A DNA stretch of 64,000 bases from an uncultured Verrucomicrobiae bacterium (GCA_963706955.1 CAVPOC010000009.1:1-64000), one strand, 5' to 3'. Positions 17,078 through 28,196 are shown, counted from the stretch's first letter. Numbers and translations are program-made. Notes: generated from the sequence alone by a model not told the origin.

Positions 17078-19456
17078 CTAGCTGTCCCAAATAAAATTCT
17101 CCAAGCGCAGGCGATTGACTCGCTCCCGAGCTTCCTCTGCGCGCGGACCATTCACGCTCCCGATCTTCTCGTATACGGCGATGGCCTCCTTCCAGAGTCG
17201 TTGTGATTCGAGGAGACGTCCTGCATCGAAGCCCGCTCGGTAAAACCAAAAGAACTCCGGGCCCCCCGCTTTCTGACCTTCGGAAAAGACCCCATAGTAA
17301 CAATCGAGCGCGGCATCGGTATTTCCGAGCTTCTCGTAAGCGGCGCCCATCTTTGCCAAGGCCTGATGGCTCCAAATCTTTGGCGCTTTCGGGTTGCTGG
17401 AAATTTGCCGCCACGCCGCGATGGCGCTCTTGTAGTTTTCAGGGTCTTGAGTCCCTTGAGCGAAAAGGGTATCGCCTTTCTCCACGATCACTGCATAGCG
17501 AAGATTCGGATCCGGGTTGGAGTCCAAAATCTTATCAAGAACACCAAGAGCTTCCTTTGGTCGCTTAAGAGCATTCAGGAGACTGGCCTGCGCCAGCCGT
17601 GCTTTGAGAGACAACGGGCCGCCTGACTTGACCACCTGCTCAAACACTTCAATGGCCTCCTCCATTTCGGAGGGATTGAGTGAGCGGGCCATCGCCTGCC
17701 CAGAAAGGAAAATCGCCTTCTCGGCGAGTGGAGAATCCGGGAATCTTTCGGCGAGGGCAGTGAATTGCGCGCGGGCATTAAGGTAGTCGCCGCGTCGATA
17801 GAGAATTTCACCCCATTTCATTCGGACCTGCGGTTCGAAGCGGGAGCTTGGGTAGGTGTTTATGAAGTTCTCCGCGAGCTTGATGATCTGTGCTTCACTT
17901 TCGCGATCGCCATCATCCGCGACAAAGATGGCGAGGTAATCGGTCCGCTCTTTGGTGGCCGGGTCGTCGCTCGAGATGCGTTGCAAGGTGGCGCGGGCCT
18001 CATCGGAGTTGAGCTGACTATCGGCCAATTCCGCAAGCGCCAGCCTGGCGCGTTGTGCATATGACGAATTGCTCTCCGCAATCTTTTGGAGAAGATCTGC
18101 CGAAATCGACGAGCGAGTGGAGGCTTGCCGCATCGCCTCCAAAAAACGAAGCCTGTCAACGACGGGCTGAAAATCCGGCCGCGCGATCAATCGCCGCATC
18201 GCTGGATTTTCACTCTCCGAAGCACCAGACAGCAAGGCGCAGACGGCCGCATTCTCAAGGGCTGCCATTTCCAGTTCGGGCGCACCGGCGGCCTGCAGAA
18301 ACGATTCTGCAGCCTGCTTAAATTCGCCGAGCGCAGCCTCCGCCTGAGCGCGGACGAAACTGTTGCGAAAGCCTGCTCCTTCCTTTGCGGTTACGAGCGC
18401 TGCCTGCGGCTGATTCACGGCGATCTGGGAAGCGGAGAGCTCGGCACGCGCTTCATTGGCAAGAAAGTGGCTCGGGTATTGTGCCAGAAATTCACGGAAG
18501 AACTGACGACTTTTCTCGCTCTTGCTCGCGCGCGCTTCGTTGCGAGCGAGATAGAAGAGCGCGAGGGCGGCGCGTTGAGCGTTTCGCGAGTCGGCTGCCC
18601 ATCTGCGCAGCTCTGCACTGGAAGCAGCTCCTCCCTGCGCGTAGATGCGGTCAAGAGCCTCAAAAGCATCGGGAAGTCCCGGAAGACCGGAATTTTCCGC
18701 GATGAATCCCTCCATGATTCTTTCGGCCTCGGCCGCGTCCGCCTGCTGCAACCGACATTCCGCCAGGGCTACCGCGAGACGCGCTGCCAGGCGTGCCGGC
18801 GGGTCCTTGATTTCTTTCAGTTTCTGCTCGGCGTCGACGGCCTGGCCCGCGGCGAGTAGGGCGCGTGCGGTAAGAAAGATGGCCTGTTGCTGCTGCACGG
18901 GAGATAGTCCTTCGGCGGAAGAGAGGGTGCTCAGGGCGCCGGCATGATCTTTCGCATCGAGGCGAATTTGCGCCAACTCCAGCGCGGCATCTCCTGAAGC
19001 AGCGGGATTTTCTTTCAAAAGCGCCGAGAGTATCTCGGCGGCTTCAGGCCTTCGACCTAAAGCCGAAAGCATTCTGGCTGCGCCCACGGCAGCTTGCGTT
19101 GAGTAGTGTTCGTCCTGAACGAGGCTCTCATACAGTGGCAATGCCTCCGCCGGGTTGTTGAGCGCTGCATTTGCCTCGGCCAGCCAAAATCGCGCGTCTG
19201 AATCGGCCTTTCCTGATTTCTTGAGAAGAGCAGCACTCTCCTCAAACCGACCAGCGGCAAATAGAGCTCTTGCCAGCAGCAGTTCCGCAGTCGCCTGCTC
19301 TCCGCGAGCGAATCCTTTTCCGGCAGTTTGGCTGAGGTTGTAAATAGCTACTTGGGGCAGACCATCTTCAAGCGCGCGCCGCGCTTCATCAATGCGCGCA
19401 TCAACTCCGAAGGCCGAAGCCCCGGCAAGCAAGAGGAACGGTATGGTCGCCTTCAT
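17078..19456 (-). CDS. Exported TPR-repeat protein
   Basis: Signal peptide from ATG 19456 (ATGA overlap with the uvrA stop); many TPR/BamD-like repeats (FPDSPLAEKA, YPSHFLANEA). Confidence 0.85.
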   Translation of the reverse strand: MKATIPFLLLAGASAFGVDARIDEARRALEDGLPQVAIYNLSQTAGKGFARGEQATAELLLARALFAAGRFEESAALLKKSGKADSDARFWLAEANAALNNPAEALPLYESLVQDEHYSTQAAVGAARMLSALGRRPEAAEILSALLKENPAASGDAALELAQIRLDAKDHAGALSTLSSAEGLSPVQQQQAIFLTARALLAAGQAVDAEQKLKEIKDPPARLAARLAVALAECRLQQADAAEAERIMEGFIAENSGLPGLPDAFEALDRIYAQGGAASSAELRRWAADSRNAQRAALALFYLARNEARASKSEKSRQFFREFLAQYPSHFLANEARAELSASQIAVNQPQAALVTAKEGAGFRNSFVRAQAEAALGEFKQAAESFLQAAGAPELEMAALENAAVCALLSGASESENPAMRRLIARPDFQPVVDRLRFLEAMRQASTRSSISADLLQKIAESNSSYAQRARLALAELADSQLNSDEARATLQRISSDDPATKERTDYLAIFVADDGDRESEAQIIKLAENFINTYPSSRFEPQVRMKWGEILYRRGDYLNARAQFTALAERFPDSPLAEKAIFLSGQAMARSLNPSEMEEAIEVFEQVVKSGGPLSLKARLAQASLLNALKRPKEALGVLDKILDSNPDPNLRYAVIVEKGDTLFAQGTQDPENYKSAIAAWRQISSNPKAPKIWSHQALAKMGAAYEKLGNTDAALDCYYGVFSEGQKAGGPEFFWFYRAGFDAGRLLESQRLWKEAIAVYEKIGSVNGPRAEEARERVNRLRLENFIWDS

Positions 19457-22344
19457 GGGCGAAGAGCACGTGAAAGATAATGGCCAGTGTAGCTGGCAGC
19501 CTCCTGGGCAATGTGCTCTGGCGGTCCGTCGCAAACTACCCGGCCTCCGTCTTCTCCCCCTTCAGGACCCAGGTCGATTATCCAGTCTGCGCACTTAATG
19601 ACTTCAAGATTGTGCTCGATGACGACAAGGGTGTTATGCGCATCGCGCAACTTGATGAGCACTTCCAACAATTTATGAATGTCTGCAAAGTGCAAACCAG
19701 TCGTCGGTTCGTCCAGCAGATAAACGGTTCGACCAGTGGCCCGTCGAGCTAGCTCTGAGGCAAGTTTTAGCCTCTGGGCTTCCCCACCCGACAGAGTCGT
19801 GGCCGACTGGCCAAGCCGCAGATAGCCCAGTCCCACGTCCTGGAGCGTCTCGAGTTTGGCGGCGAGTGCAGGAATGCTCCGAAAGAATCGGGCGGATTCG
19901 TCAACAGTCATCTCCAAGACATCGGCGATATTCTTTCCCTTGTAGGTAATCTCGAGAGTCTCACGATTGTAGCGACGGCCTCGGCACACCTCACACTCGA
20001 CGTAAACGTCGGCAAGGAAATGCATCTCGATCTTTATGAATCCATCGCCCTGGCAGTGCTCGCAGCGGCCTCCCTTTGCGTTGAAAGAAAAACGGCTCGC
20101 ATCGTAGCCGCGCACACGTGCTGCGGGAAGCTCGCTGAAAAGGTCGCGGATTGGGCCGAGGGCCCCAGAGTACGTCGCCGGATTTGACCTGGGCGTGCGA
20201 CCCACCGGCGTCTGATCGATAACGACCACCTTGTCGAACTGCTCGATCCCGACGATCTCGTCAAAGGCGCCGGGACGATCTTTTGCACCGTTGAGACTTT
20301 GAGCGAGCGCGGCTCGCAGGATGTCGTTTACCAAGGTGGACTTTCCGCTTCCGGAGACACCGGTAACGCAGGTTAAGCAGCCCGCCGGGATTGCCACGGT
20401 AATATTCTTGAGATTGTTCTCCCTCGCTCCAAAAACAGTCAACCAGCCATCTCCGATTTCTCCGGCAAGCTGGCGCTCTTTACGCGGGGGAACACGATGG
20501 CGCGGAACGGAAATCTTCAGCGTCTTCTTTAAATACTGCGCAGTCAGTGAATCCTCGCTTCGTAAGATCTCTTCGAGCGTTCCCTGTGCAACGATTCGGC
20601 CCCCTCGCGGACCTGCCCCGGGACCGAGATCGAGAATGTGATCGGCCGCTCGGATCGTGTCCTCGTCGTGCTCGACTACGATGACCGAATTTCCAAGGTC
20701 GCGCAAAGCGCGTAACGTCGCAATAAGACGGTCATTGTCGCGTTGGTGAAGACCGATGCTCGGCTCGTCCAGCACATAGAGAACACCGGCAAGACCCGAA
20801 CCGATCTGAGTCGCCAGGCGGATTCGCTGGGCTTCGCCACCGCTAAGGGTGCCGCTCTCGCGGTTTAGTTGGAGATAGCCGAGACCAACTTCGTTCAAGA
20901 ATTTTAATCTTTGCCGAATCTCTCGCAACACATCCCTCACAATCTCCTCATCGGCGCCGCTGAGCGCGATCCGAGCGAGCAGTTTGCCTGCTTCCGAAAT
21001 CGGAAAGCTGCAGAATTGGTTAATATTATACTGCTGACCATCCTCATCCGAGATGGTCACAGCCAGAATTTCGGGACGCAATCTGGCGCCTCGACACAAG
21101 CCGCAGACGCGGCGCGCTTGAAATGCCCGTAGCCGCTTTTTGGTGAACTCACTTTCACTGGTCTCGAAAAGTCTCTGCATTTGGGCGACGAGCCCCTCGA
21201 AGCTCTTGGAAACTCTCCGGTCTGCCGTCACCTGGATAGTAACAGCCCGATCGCCGCTTCCAGAGAACAGCAAAGACTTAAAGTCCGAAGCCAGCTCCTT
21301 GAACGGCACATCTATCGGCACCGGAGAGTCGGCGATGAGCCCATTGAGGATGGCGCCGTAATACTGCTTCATTCGCTTCTGGCCGACGCGCCACGGCTTG
21401 ATCGCCCCTTGCTCGAGGGTTTTAGATTTGTCCACCATCAGGTCGGCGTCAAAGAACAGCTCGGTGCCAATTCCATGACAGGCCGGACAGGCACCGAGGT
21501 GACTGTTGAAGGAGAAATGTTTCGGCGTCAGCTTCGGCATGGTAAAGCCTGTCGATGGATTGCAGTAGTCGGTGGAGAACTTTTGCTCGGACCATTTCTC
21601 AACCGCCGGTTCCATGCGGATCACCGTGAGCATGCCTCCTCCCCATCGAAGTGAAGTCTCGATCGAATCCGCTAGCCGTTGACGAACTTCCTCACGAATA
21701 GACAGCCGATCGACAACTGCTTCGATGGTGTGCGCTTCCGCTTTGGCGAGCTTCGGCGAACTGGCGGTGCCCAGCTCGGTGATTTCACCATCGACTCGCA
21801 AGCGGACGAACCCCTCTCGTCGCGCTTTCTCGATGACATCGCGAAATTCGCCGGGCTGATTAGTGACGAGTGGGGCCAACAGCATTATCTTCGTTCCTTC
21901 CGGCGAAGACAATATGGCGTCGGCGATCTGTTGAGGCGTCTGGCGGACCACCGGGTCGCCGGTGACCGGGTCATGCGGTCGCCCGACCGCCGCAAAGAGG
22001 AGTCGCAAATAATCGTAAATTTCAGTGGTGGTTGCGATCGTCGAGCGAGGGTTCGCGGCTGAAGTTCGCTGTTCGATGGCGATAGCCGGTGAAAGGCCTT
22101 CGATGTAATCGACCTCAGGTTTCTGCATCTGGTCGAGAAACTGACGCGCATAGGCGGAAAGGCTTTCCACGTACTTTCGCTGCCCCTCGGCATAGAGCGT
22201 GTCAAACGCCAGCGACGACTTGCCAGACCCGCTTAACCCGGTAATAACCACGAGGCGGTTGCGTGGAATTTCCACGTCCAGGTTGTCCAGATTGTGTTGT
22301 CGCGCGCCCTTGATGCGTATGACGGAATGATTGTCGGAGTTCAT
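19453..22344 (-). CDS. uvrA: Excinuclease ABC subunit A
   Basis: GARQHNL, TGLSGSGKSSLAFDT, LSGGEAQRIRLA, second Walker A TGVSGSGKS, zinc fingers. Likely start ATG 22344. Confidence 0.98.
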   Translation of the reverse strand: MNSDNHSVIRIKGARQHNLDNLDVEIPRNRLVVITGLSGSGKSSLAFDTLYAEGQRKYVESLSAYARQFLDQMQKPEVDYIEGLSPAIAIEQRTSAANPRSTIATTTEIYDYLRLLFAAVGRPHDPVTGDPVVRQTPQQIADAILSSPEGTKIMLLAPLVTNQPGEFRDVIEKARREGFVRLRVDGEITELGTASSPKLAKAEAHTIEAVVDRLSIREEVRQRLADSIETSLRWGGGMLTVIRMEPAVEKWSEQKFSTDYCNPSTGFTMPKLTPKHFSFNSHLGACPACHGIGTELFFDADLMVDKSKTLEQGAIKPWRVGQKRMKQYYGAILNGLIADSPVPIDVPFKELASDFKSLLFSGSGDRAVTIQVTADRRVSKSFEGLVAQMQRLFETSESEFTKKRLRAFQARRVCGLCRGARLRPEILAVTISDEDGQQYNINQFCSFPISEAGKLLARIALSGADEEIVRDVLREIRQRLKFLNEVGLGYLQLNRESGTLSGGEAQRIRLATQIGSGLAGVLYVLDEPSIGLHQRDNDRLIATLRALRDLGNSVIVVEHDEDTIRAADHILDLGPGAGPRGGRIVAQGTLEEILRSEDSLTAQYLKKTLKISVPRHRVPPRKERQLAGEIGDGWLTVFGARENNLKNITVAIPAGCLTCVTGVSGSGKSTLVNDILRAALAQSLNGAKDRPGAFDEIVGIEQFDKVVVIDQTPVGRTPRSNPATYSGALGPIRDLFSELPAARVRGYDASRFSFNAKGGRCEHCQGDGFIKIEMHFLADVYVECEVCRGRRYNRETLEITYKGKNIADVLEMTVDESARFFRSIPALAAKLETLQDVGLGYLRLGQSATTLSGGEAQRLKLASELARRATGRTVYLLDEPTTGLHFADIHKLLEVLIKLRDAHNTLVVIEHNLEVIKCADWIIDLGPEGGEDGGRVVCDGPPEHIAQEAASYTGHYLSRALRP

Positions 22345-22496
22345 GACCGGAGCGCAAACGTGAATCGACAAATTTAAGCCGCGGAGGAGCCTCCGCGCAA
22401 GACTGGCGGGCATTGAATCGGTGCGCAGGGGCCGCACCTTGTTGACCGGCGATCCCAGCCGGCTCCTTGGTTCGTCTTACGCTCCCGGTGCCGCGC

Positions 22497-23273
22497 TCAT
22501 TTTTGAGCCAGCAGAGCCAGTCGGGTCCACCACCAGACGATCTTGCCGTCCTCTTCAGCGATGCGAAACACTCTTCGCGCGGGCTCCGGCGCGGCGTGAA
22601 TTAGCTCGAGGACTCTTTTCCTGTTTTCTGCGGATGTTCCGGCGGTATCGAAATACCAGTTCAGGTCGGGCTGTTTAAAGGGCGTTGTTTCGCAACGCAC
22701 GACGTGCAATTGATTGCGGCGGCAAAGCTCCTTCCAGGCGCCTGCCGACAAGAACCGACCGTGACTTGGGTCGCGCAATTTCTCCAGCTCGTGAATCCAC
22801 TCCTCCGCGATCGGCTCACCATCCGGAATACTGCCGTCGATGAGGAGGAAATGGCCACCCGGTTTCAGGACCCGCGTTACTTCCGACAGGAAGGACTCGC
22901 GGTTACTGAAATGATGTGCGGCGACCCGGCAAGTTACCAGGTCATAGGAGGCAGCAGAATAGGGAAACTTTTCCGCCTCGTGCAGGCGTGTTTCAATCGA
23001 GAGGCCACGTTCGGCGGCGAGGCTCTTGGCGTTATCGAGCATAGCTTGCGAGATGTCCGATGCTGTGACCGTGAACCCTCGAGTCGCCAGGTAGACGGCG
23101 GTATGGCCGCCACCGGTCGCGATGTCAAGGGCGCGGGAACCCGGCGAAACCTCAATGTCTTCTAGCGCCGAGGCGACGTCTGCGGTGTTGGCCAGGATAT
23201 GGGATTTCCCGTAGTTCGCACTGTGTCGTTCGAACTGATCCCGGGACGCTTTTTGGATCGAATCGAGGGCCAT
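22497..23273 (-). CDS. Class I SAM-dependent methyltransferase
   Basis: LDIATGGGH, DISQAML, YDLVTCRVAAHHF, RVLKPGG. Confidence 0.9.
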   Translation of the reverse strand: MALDSIQKASRDQFERHSANYGKSHILANTADVASALEDIEVSPGSRALDIATGGGHTAVYLATRGFTVTASDISQAMLDNAKSLAAERGLSIETRLHEAEKFPYSAASYDLVTCRVAAHHFSNRESFLSEVTRVLKPGGHFLLIDGSIPDGEPIAEEWIHELEKLRDPSHGRFLSAGAWKELCRRNQLHVVRCETTPFKQPDLNWYFDTAGTSAENRKRVLELIHAAPEPARRVFRIAEEDGKIVWWWTRLALLAQK

Positions 23274-23354
23274 TTAGTGCTCTTCGCACGGTTCCTCTGA
23301 AAGACAAGCTCCTTGCATCGCTCTGGAAATGACGGCAGCAATTTTCGCGCCGCT

Positions 23355-25423
23355 CTAAGGATGGTCTTGCGATTTCGAGGGTCTTTTCACATAGGCCGTC
23401 GGTGGCTGCAACGGATTGGGAACCGGGTGCTTGCCGCGGAGGAATTCCTCGATATCAAACTCCGCGAGCGCTCCTGGCTGATACCGTGCGACAATGCGAT
23501 CTTCGAGGTTCTCCATTCCATGATGAACCGCAAAGTCGACGAAAAGTCCTGACTCGTAGAACAACCTCCAAATCTCGGGACAACCAAAGACCACACCCCA
23601 CGGATGGTAGGCAGTGACATAGAGGGCCTTGTGTTCGCTGTCCGCCCGCTGCATCGCCTCTTGGAGATCCGTCGCGGTCTTGAGGCGTTGAACGTGCGGG
23701 TCGTAGTATGACAAGTGATTTGGAAAACTTGCTGTGAGGCGTTCGGTTCCGGATTGTGCGGTCGGCTTCAGCGTGCCCCTCATCGATAGCACGACTTCTT
23801 TGATCGGATCGAAAGGCCTGTTGCAGATCGCTCTGCGAATCGGTTCGGAAAAACCGCCGTAAATCAGAAGAAGTGCGGATGCGGCGATGACCCGCCAGGG
23901 AAGTTTGAGCGAGGGGTCCCCCTTACCGCAAATACCGATGGCGGCCAGGGCTGACCAGGCCCGGCAGCAGATAGATTAGATACCATTCAAAAAGCCACTG
24001 GTTCGAGGCTTTCGCCACTGCCGCCGCCGTCGCTGCCGGAACTAGTAGCGTGAGAACAACGATGATGCCCTGCGGCCACATCCAGCGAGTTGCACGAACA
24101 ATACCTAGAATCATGGCGACGACGAGGAGCGCCAGAAGGCAAGCGAATGCTACAGGATGCTGGTTGGCTTCGGGCGCGAGCTCAAGGTAGGGCGAATTGA
24201 GTGAAGCGCTCTTGTTCCATCCCGTCCCGACGAGGAGGTTCGAGGATAATTCCACGAGCCAACTCTGAGTTCAGGGGCTGTCGAGCTTCGGGAGCAGTTT
24301 TCAAGTAGTTGAGCAACTGCGGAACCAATGGCAACATCGCTTGCGTAGCTGCCATCGCCGCCATCACATTCGCCACCAGCCAACGGCGAAATCTGGTATC
24401 TCCCGGTTGCGGGGTCCACTCCCTGGTGAGCCACCAAGCCGTTAGGCCGTTAAGAATCACCAGAATGTAGATCGCGGCGGGATAAACCCACAAAACCAGG
24501 AATTGGCAGGCTGCAAAGCCCAGCCACCATTTCCAGAGATTTTCACGAGTGGCTCGTAGCCAAAAGAGAAGCATCCCCGGAACCAACAGCAAGAGGAGCG
24601 AATAGCCGCGCGCCTCAGAAGAGTAGCGCAGAAACCAGGGGTGGAGTGCGAGCAACCAAGCGGATGTCACGCCCGCCATCTCGCCGCCAATTTTCGCGAC
24701 GAGGAGGGCGAGGATTAGCACGGCGAAAATGCCCGCCAGACAGGCGGGAAGGCGGACGACCCACTCGCGGATTTGCCAGTCTCCAGCGGGCGCAAATACT
24801 CCCCAGGCTGTCCATGCACTTCTCGCTAGAACGCTGTAGAGGACATGATTTGTCGGCTTGCGATAATCGAAAAACGTGTTGCGCCACTTCAGCTCTGGTG
24901 GAAGAACGCTCCCGTCCTCTGTGACAACGTATTCGCCGACGATCGCTCGCCTTGCACTTAAATCTTCATCGTGTGCGAGGCCGAAATCGAGGCGCTGTGA
25001 AGCCAGCGAGCCGACGAAAATCATCGCGCCGATCACGCCAAGCCAAAAGATGGCCGAGAAGGAGCGCCGCGGCGTCGCATCCGACCTCCTATGAACCTCC
25101 CCGGCAGCCCACCACGGGGCTGTCCAAATCAAGATCCCCAAGAGTCCCAGATTGAACGCGCCCGCCCAGAAGGAATAAAAGCCGACGAGTTTGCCGAGGT
25201 TCCAGGTGGCAGCTTGCGTCAGGTCAAATCTCCACGGCTTATCTGCTGCGAATGCCAGCCAGGCACCCAGACCCAAGGCAATGCTGCTGAGCGCGACACG
25301 ATAGCGGAGCACATTGTCACCACCTTTGAGACGCCGCCATCCTCTCTCCCACCGATCGTGGATGGGTCGCAGGTTGATCAAGCTGCCGAGACCTCCAAGT
25401 TGACGTTGCGAAGACTTCTTCAT
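23355..25423 (-). pseudogene. GT-C (ArnT/PMT_2-like) integral-membrane glycosyltransferase split by two +1 frameshifts (possibly sequencing errors)
   Basis: HDE, NHVLYS, RLPA, HPW.LRYSSEARGYS motifs. Removing one base near 24270 and one near 23952 joins ORFs 24182-25423, 23923-24255 and 23355-23792 into about 688 aa. Confidence 0.75.
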
Positions 25424-25863
25424 CTCACTTCAAGCACGAGAATCAACAGCCCCCTACCCCATTGAGGGCCTCGGATGTAAAGAGGTGCATCTTTTGCGAG
25501 CTTCGCCTCAGTGGTCACGAGAAGGGTCTTCTCGCGATATAATTGGATGCGCAGAAGATAGGATGTCAGCTCCTGCGAAAGGCACTGGACCTTGAAGAAA
25601 AATTCCTTGGACGGAATGAGCCATTCCTCACTGCCATGGAACAGGTCGCGCTTTTTCTCGCCGACCAGATAGAGGCTATTGTAGCCGAATATTTCGTTGA
25701 TTGCCGGAGCGAGTTTCTTGAGCGACTCCGGGACAGAAGCGGCCGAGGGCTCGATTGTGGCGAGAGTAAGCGCGCTCCAAATGCGATCGCCTGCCGCCGC
25801 ATAGGCTCCCGGCGGTGCCATGATGAAGAGCAGCACCGCTGCTGCTGCAACACGACGCCTCAT
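25420..25863 (-). CDS. Exported hypothetical protein
   Basis: Signal peptide (MRRRVAAAAVLLF...AYA); 4-nt overlaps with both neighbours. Confidence 0.75.
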   Translation of the reverse strand: MRRRVAAAAVLLFIMAPPGAYAAAGDRIWSALTLATIEPSAASVPESLKKLAPAINEIFGYNSLYLVGEKKRDLFHGSEEWLIPSKEFFFKVQCLSQELTSYLLRIQLYREKTLLVTTEAKLAKDAPLYIRGPQWGRGLLILVLEVR

Positions 25864-26250
25864 CTCACGCTGGCCGCAGCCGGAATATAGTCGGCCCCTT
25901 CAATCCAAATGACGACGCCTCGTCGGTCCGGAGCTTGGAACTCGGACACTGAAAGCTTGGGGAGCTCGGCACGGGCTGAAATGACCTGGGAGCTAAAGTC
26001 GGCGCCACTTCGTCCGCCGGAGTGTTTCGCCAGCACCAGCGCAGTCAATACTATGGCAAGAATCAGCGAAAACGCGCCCGGCCAGGCGAGCCAGCCCAGC
26101 GGCAACATCTCCGGCGGAGCAGGCTGCTGTTTGACCCCTTCAACAATGCGGCTGTCCATAAAATCGGCATCGTGCAGTCGCGGTGAACTCAAGTGCTCGC
26201 GGAGTATGCATTTCGTTTCTGGCCCATTCTGTCTCGTCGAAGCTCTTCAT
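25860..26250 (-). CDS. Single-TM protein (anti-sigma-factor-like topology), one apparent +1 frameshift
   Basis: Removing one G at 26223-26225 joins MKSFDETEW to PETKCILREHLSSPRLHDADF... (129 aa); one central TM helix. Confidence 0.55.
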
Positions 26251-26369
26251 GGATCGCCAAGGAGCTTGTCGAGCCGCGCAGCGATAACCCTGTGCCGCCG
26301 ACTTAAAAAGGTTGTCACTAGAGGCACCCATTCGCCTGGATGCATGAAAATGGGGAGGAATTCGGTGCG

Positions 26370-27029
26370 TTAGGAGTTGCCGTAGCGTTTGCGCCATTCG
26401 GCGCGATATTCACTCATCAGATCGACAATGCGGTCCCGCACCCGAAACAGCAGCTTGTTTAAGGTCACTCGCTGGCGCACCGCCATCTTCTTTTCCTCCG
26501 CGAGCCGCGCCGCAGCATCCAAGGCATCATTGGCAGCTTTTAAGCCCCGCTTCAGATAGGCGATGGTCATGCCAAGCTCAGTGCAGTCGTCGCCGCATAG
26601 TGCGGCTGCCAGTTTGGCGCCGCAAACGGCCGACCTCGTTGCCAGCCGTATGGCCTCGGGATGGTCCTTCAGCGACTGCTCGCGATCCAACCAGGAATTG
26701 ATCCATGTGTGCAGCTTGAGAGTATCCTGGTAGATCGGGGATCTGGCGAACTCTTCAAAATCGCCCTCTTGGCAGTCGGTTTCTTGTTGCGAAAGAGTCA
26801 TTTCCTCTTCGCAGAGGCTTTCGGCGACTTCATCCCATTCTGCGTCGCGCTCCTCATCGAAGGATTCCCAACCCATTTCCTTGGCGATGATGTTATCACG
26901 GTCGGGGTGATCCAGATATTTCTCGAGAAGACCGAAGTATTTCTCGGTGTTGCGGTCCTGCTGCTGGAGGAACCGCTCCCACTGATACTCATCCCAGATC
27001 TCCGGCGTCTCGAAATCGTCATCAGCCAT
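26370..27029 (-). CDS. Acidic helical hypothetical protein
   Basis: 219-aa ORF with WDEYQWERFL N-terminus and a helical-bundle-like C-terminus; directly downstream of rlmN. Confidence 0.75.
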   Translation of the reverse strand: MADDDFETPEIWDEYQWERFLQQQDRNTEKYFGLLEKYLDHPDRDNIIAKEMGWESFDEERDAEWDEVAESLCEEEMTLSQQETDCQEGDFEEFARSPIYQDTLKLHTWINSWLDREQSLKDHPEAIRLATRSAVCGAKLAAALCGDDCTELGMTIAYLKRGLKAANDALDAAARLAEEKKMAVRQRVTLNKLLFRVRDRIVDLMSEYRAEWRKRYGNS

Positions 27030-27074
27030 CGCAAAAACCCTTACTGCACCGCAGTTTCGGACGCAACGTGATTT

Positions 27075-28196
27075 TCAGGCATTAATTTGGGACAGGAGAT
27101 TGGCGCGAGGCGCTGTTGATGCGCGATGAACCAGATTTTGGAGGCGCAGCTGGCCGCAAGCTGCGGAAATGTCGTGGCCTTTCTCGCGTCGAAGTGTCGC
27201 CGCGACGCCATTGTCCTTCAAGACGCCCAGAAAGCCTTCCTGGACCGCGACGGCGGGACGCTCCCAATCAAGTCCCTTGACTTGATTGTACGGGATGAGG
27301 TTGACTTTGGCCCGCAGGCGCCGCGCATGGCCGACGAGTCGGCGCGCTTGGTCCTCAGAATCATTGAGGCCTCGAATGAGGATATACTCCAAAGTGAGCG
27401 GCTGACTCTTATGCGAGCAATAATACTCACAAGCATCCATAAGCTCGCGAAGCGGATGCTTTCGGTTGACCGGCATGATCTTACTGCGGACCTCATCAGT
27501 GGCGGCGTGGAGCGAAACGGCCAGGCGAATCTGCAGCGGTTGATCGGCGAATTCAACTATGCGCGGAACGAGCCCACTCGTTGACACCGTCATGTTTCTG
27601 GCGCCCACCGCCAGTCCCCAAGAGGCATTCAGAATCCCTATGGCCTGCATGAGGTTTTTGTAATTGGCGAAGGGCTCGCCCATCCCCATAAACACAATGT
27701 TGTTGATCTTCTCTGCGGAGAGCTCTTCTACCGCGAGAAACTGCGCCACGATTTCGCCGGCGGTGAGGTTGCGCTTCACGCCGTCGAGTCCGCTCGCGCA
27801 GAACTTGCAGCCGTAGGCGCATCCAACCTGGCTGGAAATACAGACAGTCCGTCGGTCTGACGGCTCTCCATAAAGGGCCGGCGATGCGGGGATGACCACA
27901 GTTTCAATCAGCTGTCCATCTAGCAGCTGGAAAAGAAACTTTCGCGTTGTATCCGCGGAGCCAGTCTCCCTGATTTTCGTCAACGGCCGCAGGGTGTAAT
28001 TTGCCTCGAGCTGCGCGCGCAATGCTGCTGGCAGATTGCTCATCTCTTCGAAGCGCCTTGCCCGATGCGCGTAGACCCACGCGCAGAGCTGCGCAGCCCG
28101 ATAGCGCGCTTGGCCGAGTCGCTCAAGCTCACCTGCTAGTTGGTCCCTGGTCAGCGAAAGCAAATCCACGGCACCAATTTGCCAGAAATCGGCCAA
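27075..28196 (-). CDS. rlmN: Dual-specificity rRNA/tRNA m2A methyltransferase (radical SAM)
   Basis: CISSQVGCAYGCKFCASG, FMGMGEP, VSTSG, VNLIPYN, ISAACGQL. Confidence 0.96.
   Translation of the reverse strand: MADFWQIGAVDLLSLTRDQLAGELERLGQARYRAAQLCAWVYAHRARRFEEMSNLPAALRAQLEANYTLRPLTKIRETGSADTTRKFLFQLLDGQLIETVVIPASPALYGEPSDRRTVCISSQVGCAYGCKFCASGLDGVKRNLTAGEIVAQFLAVEELSAEKINNIVFMGMGEPFANYKNLMQAIGILNASWGLAVGARNMTVSTSGLVPRIVEFADQPLQIRLAVSLHAATDEVRSKIMPVNRKHPLRELMDACEYYCSHKSQPLTLEYILIRGLNDSEDQARRLVGHARRLRAKVNLIPYNQVKGLDWERPAVAVQEGFLGVLKDNGVAATLRREKGHDISAACGQLRLQNLVHRASTAPRANLLSQINA

Noticed and set aside
22345..22496. LexA box or structured leader upstream of uvrA
   Set aside because: No TGTTC-N4-GAACA or other SOS-box pattern; only short GC-rich hairpins expected by chance.
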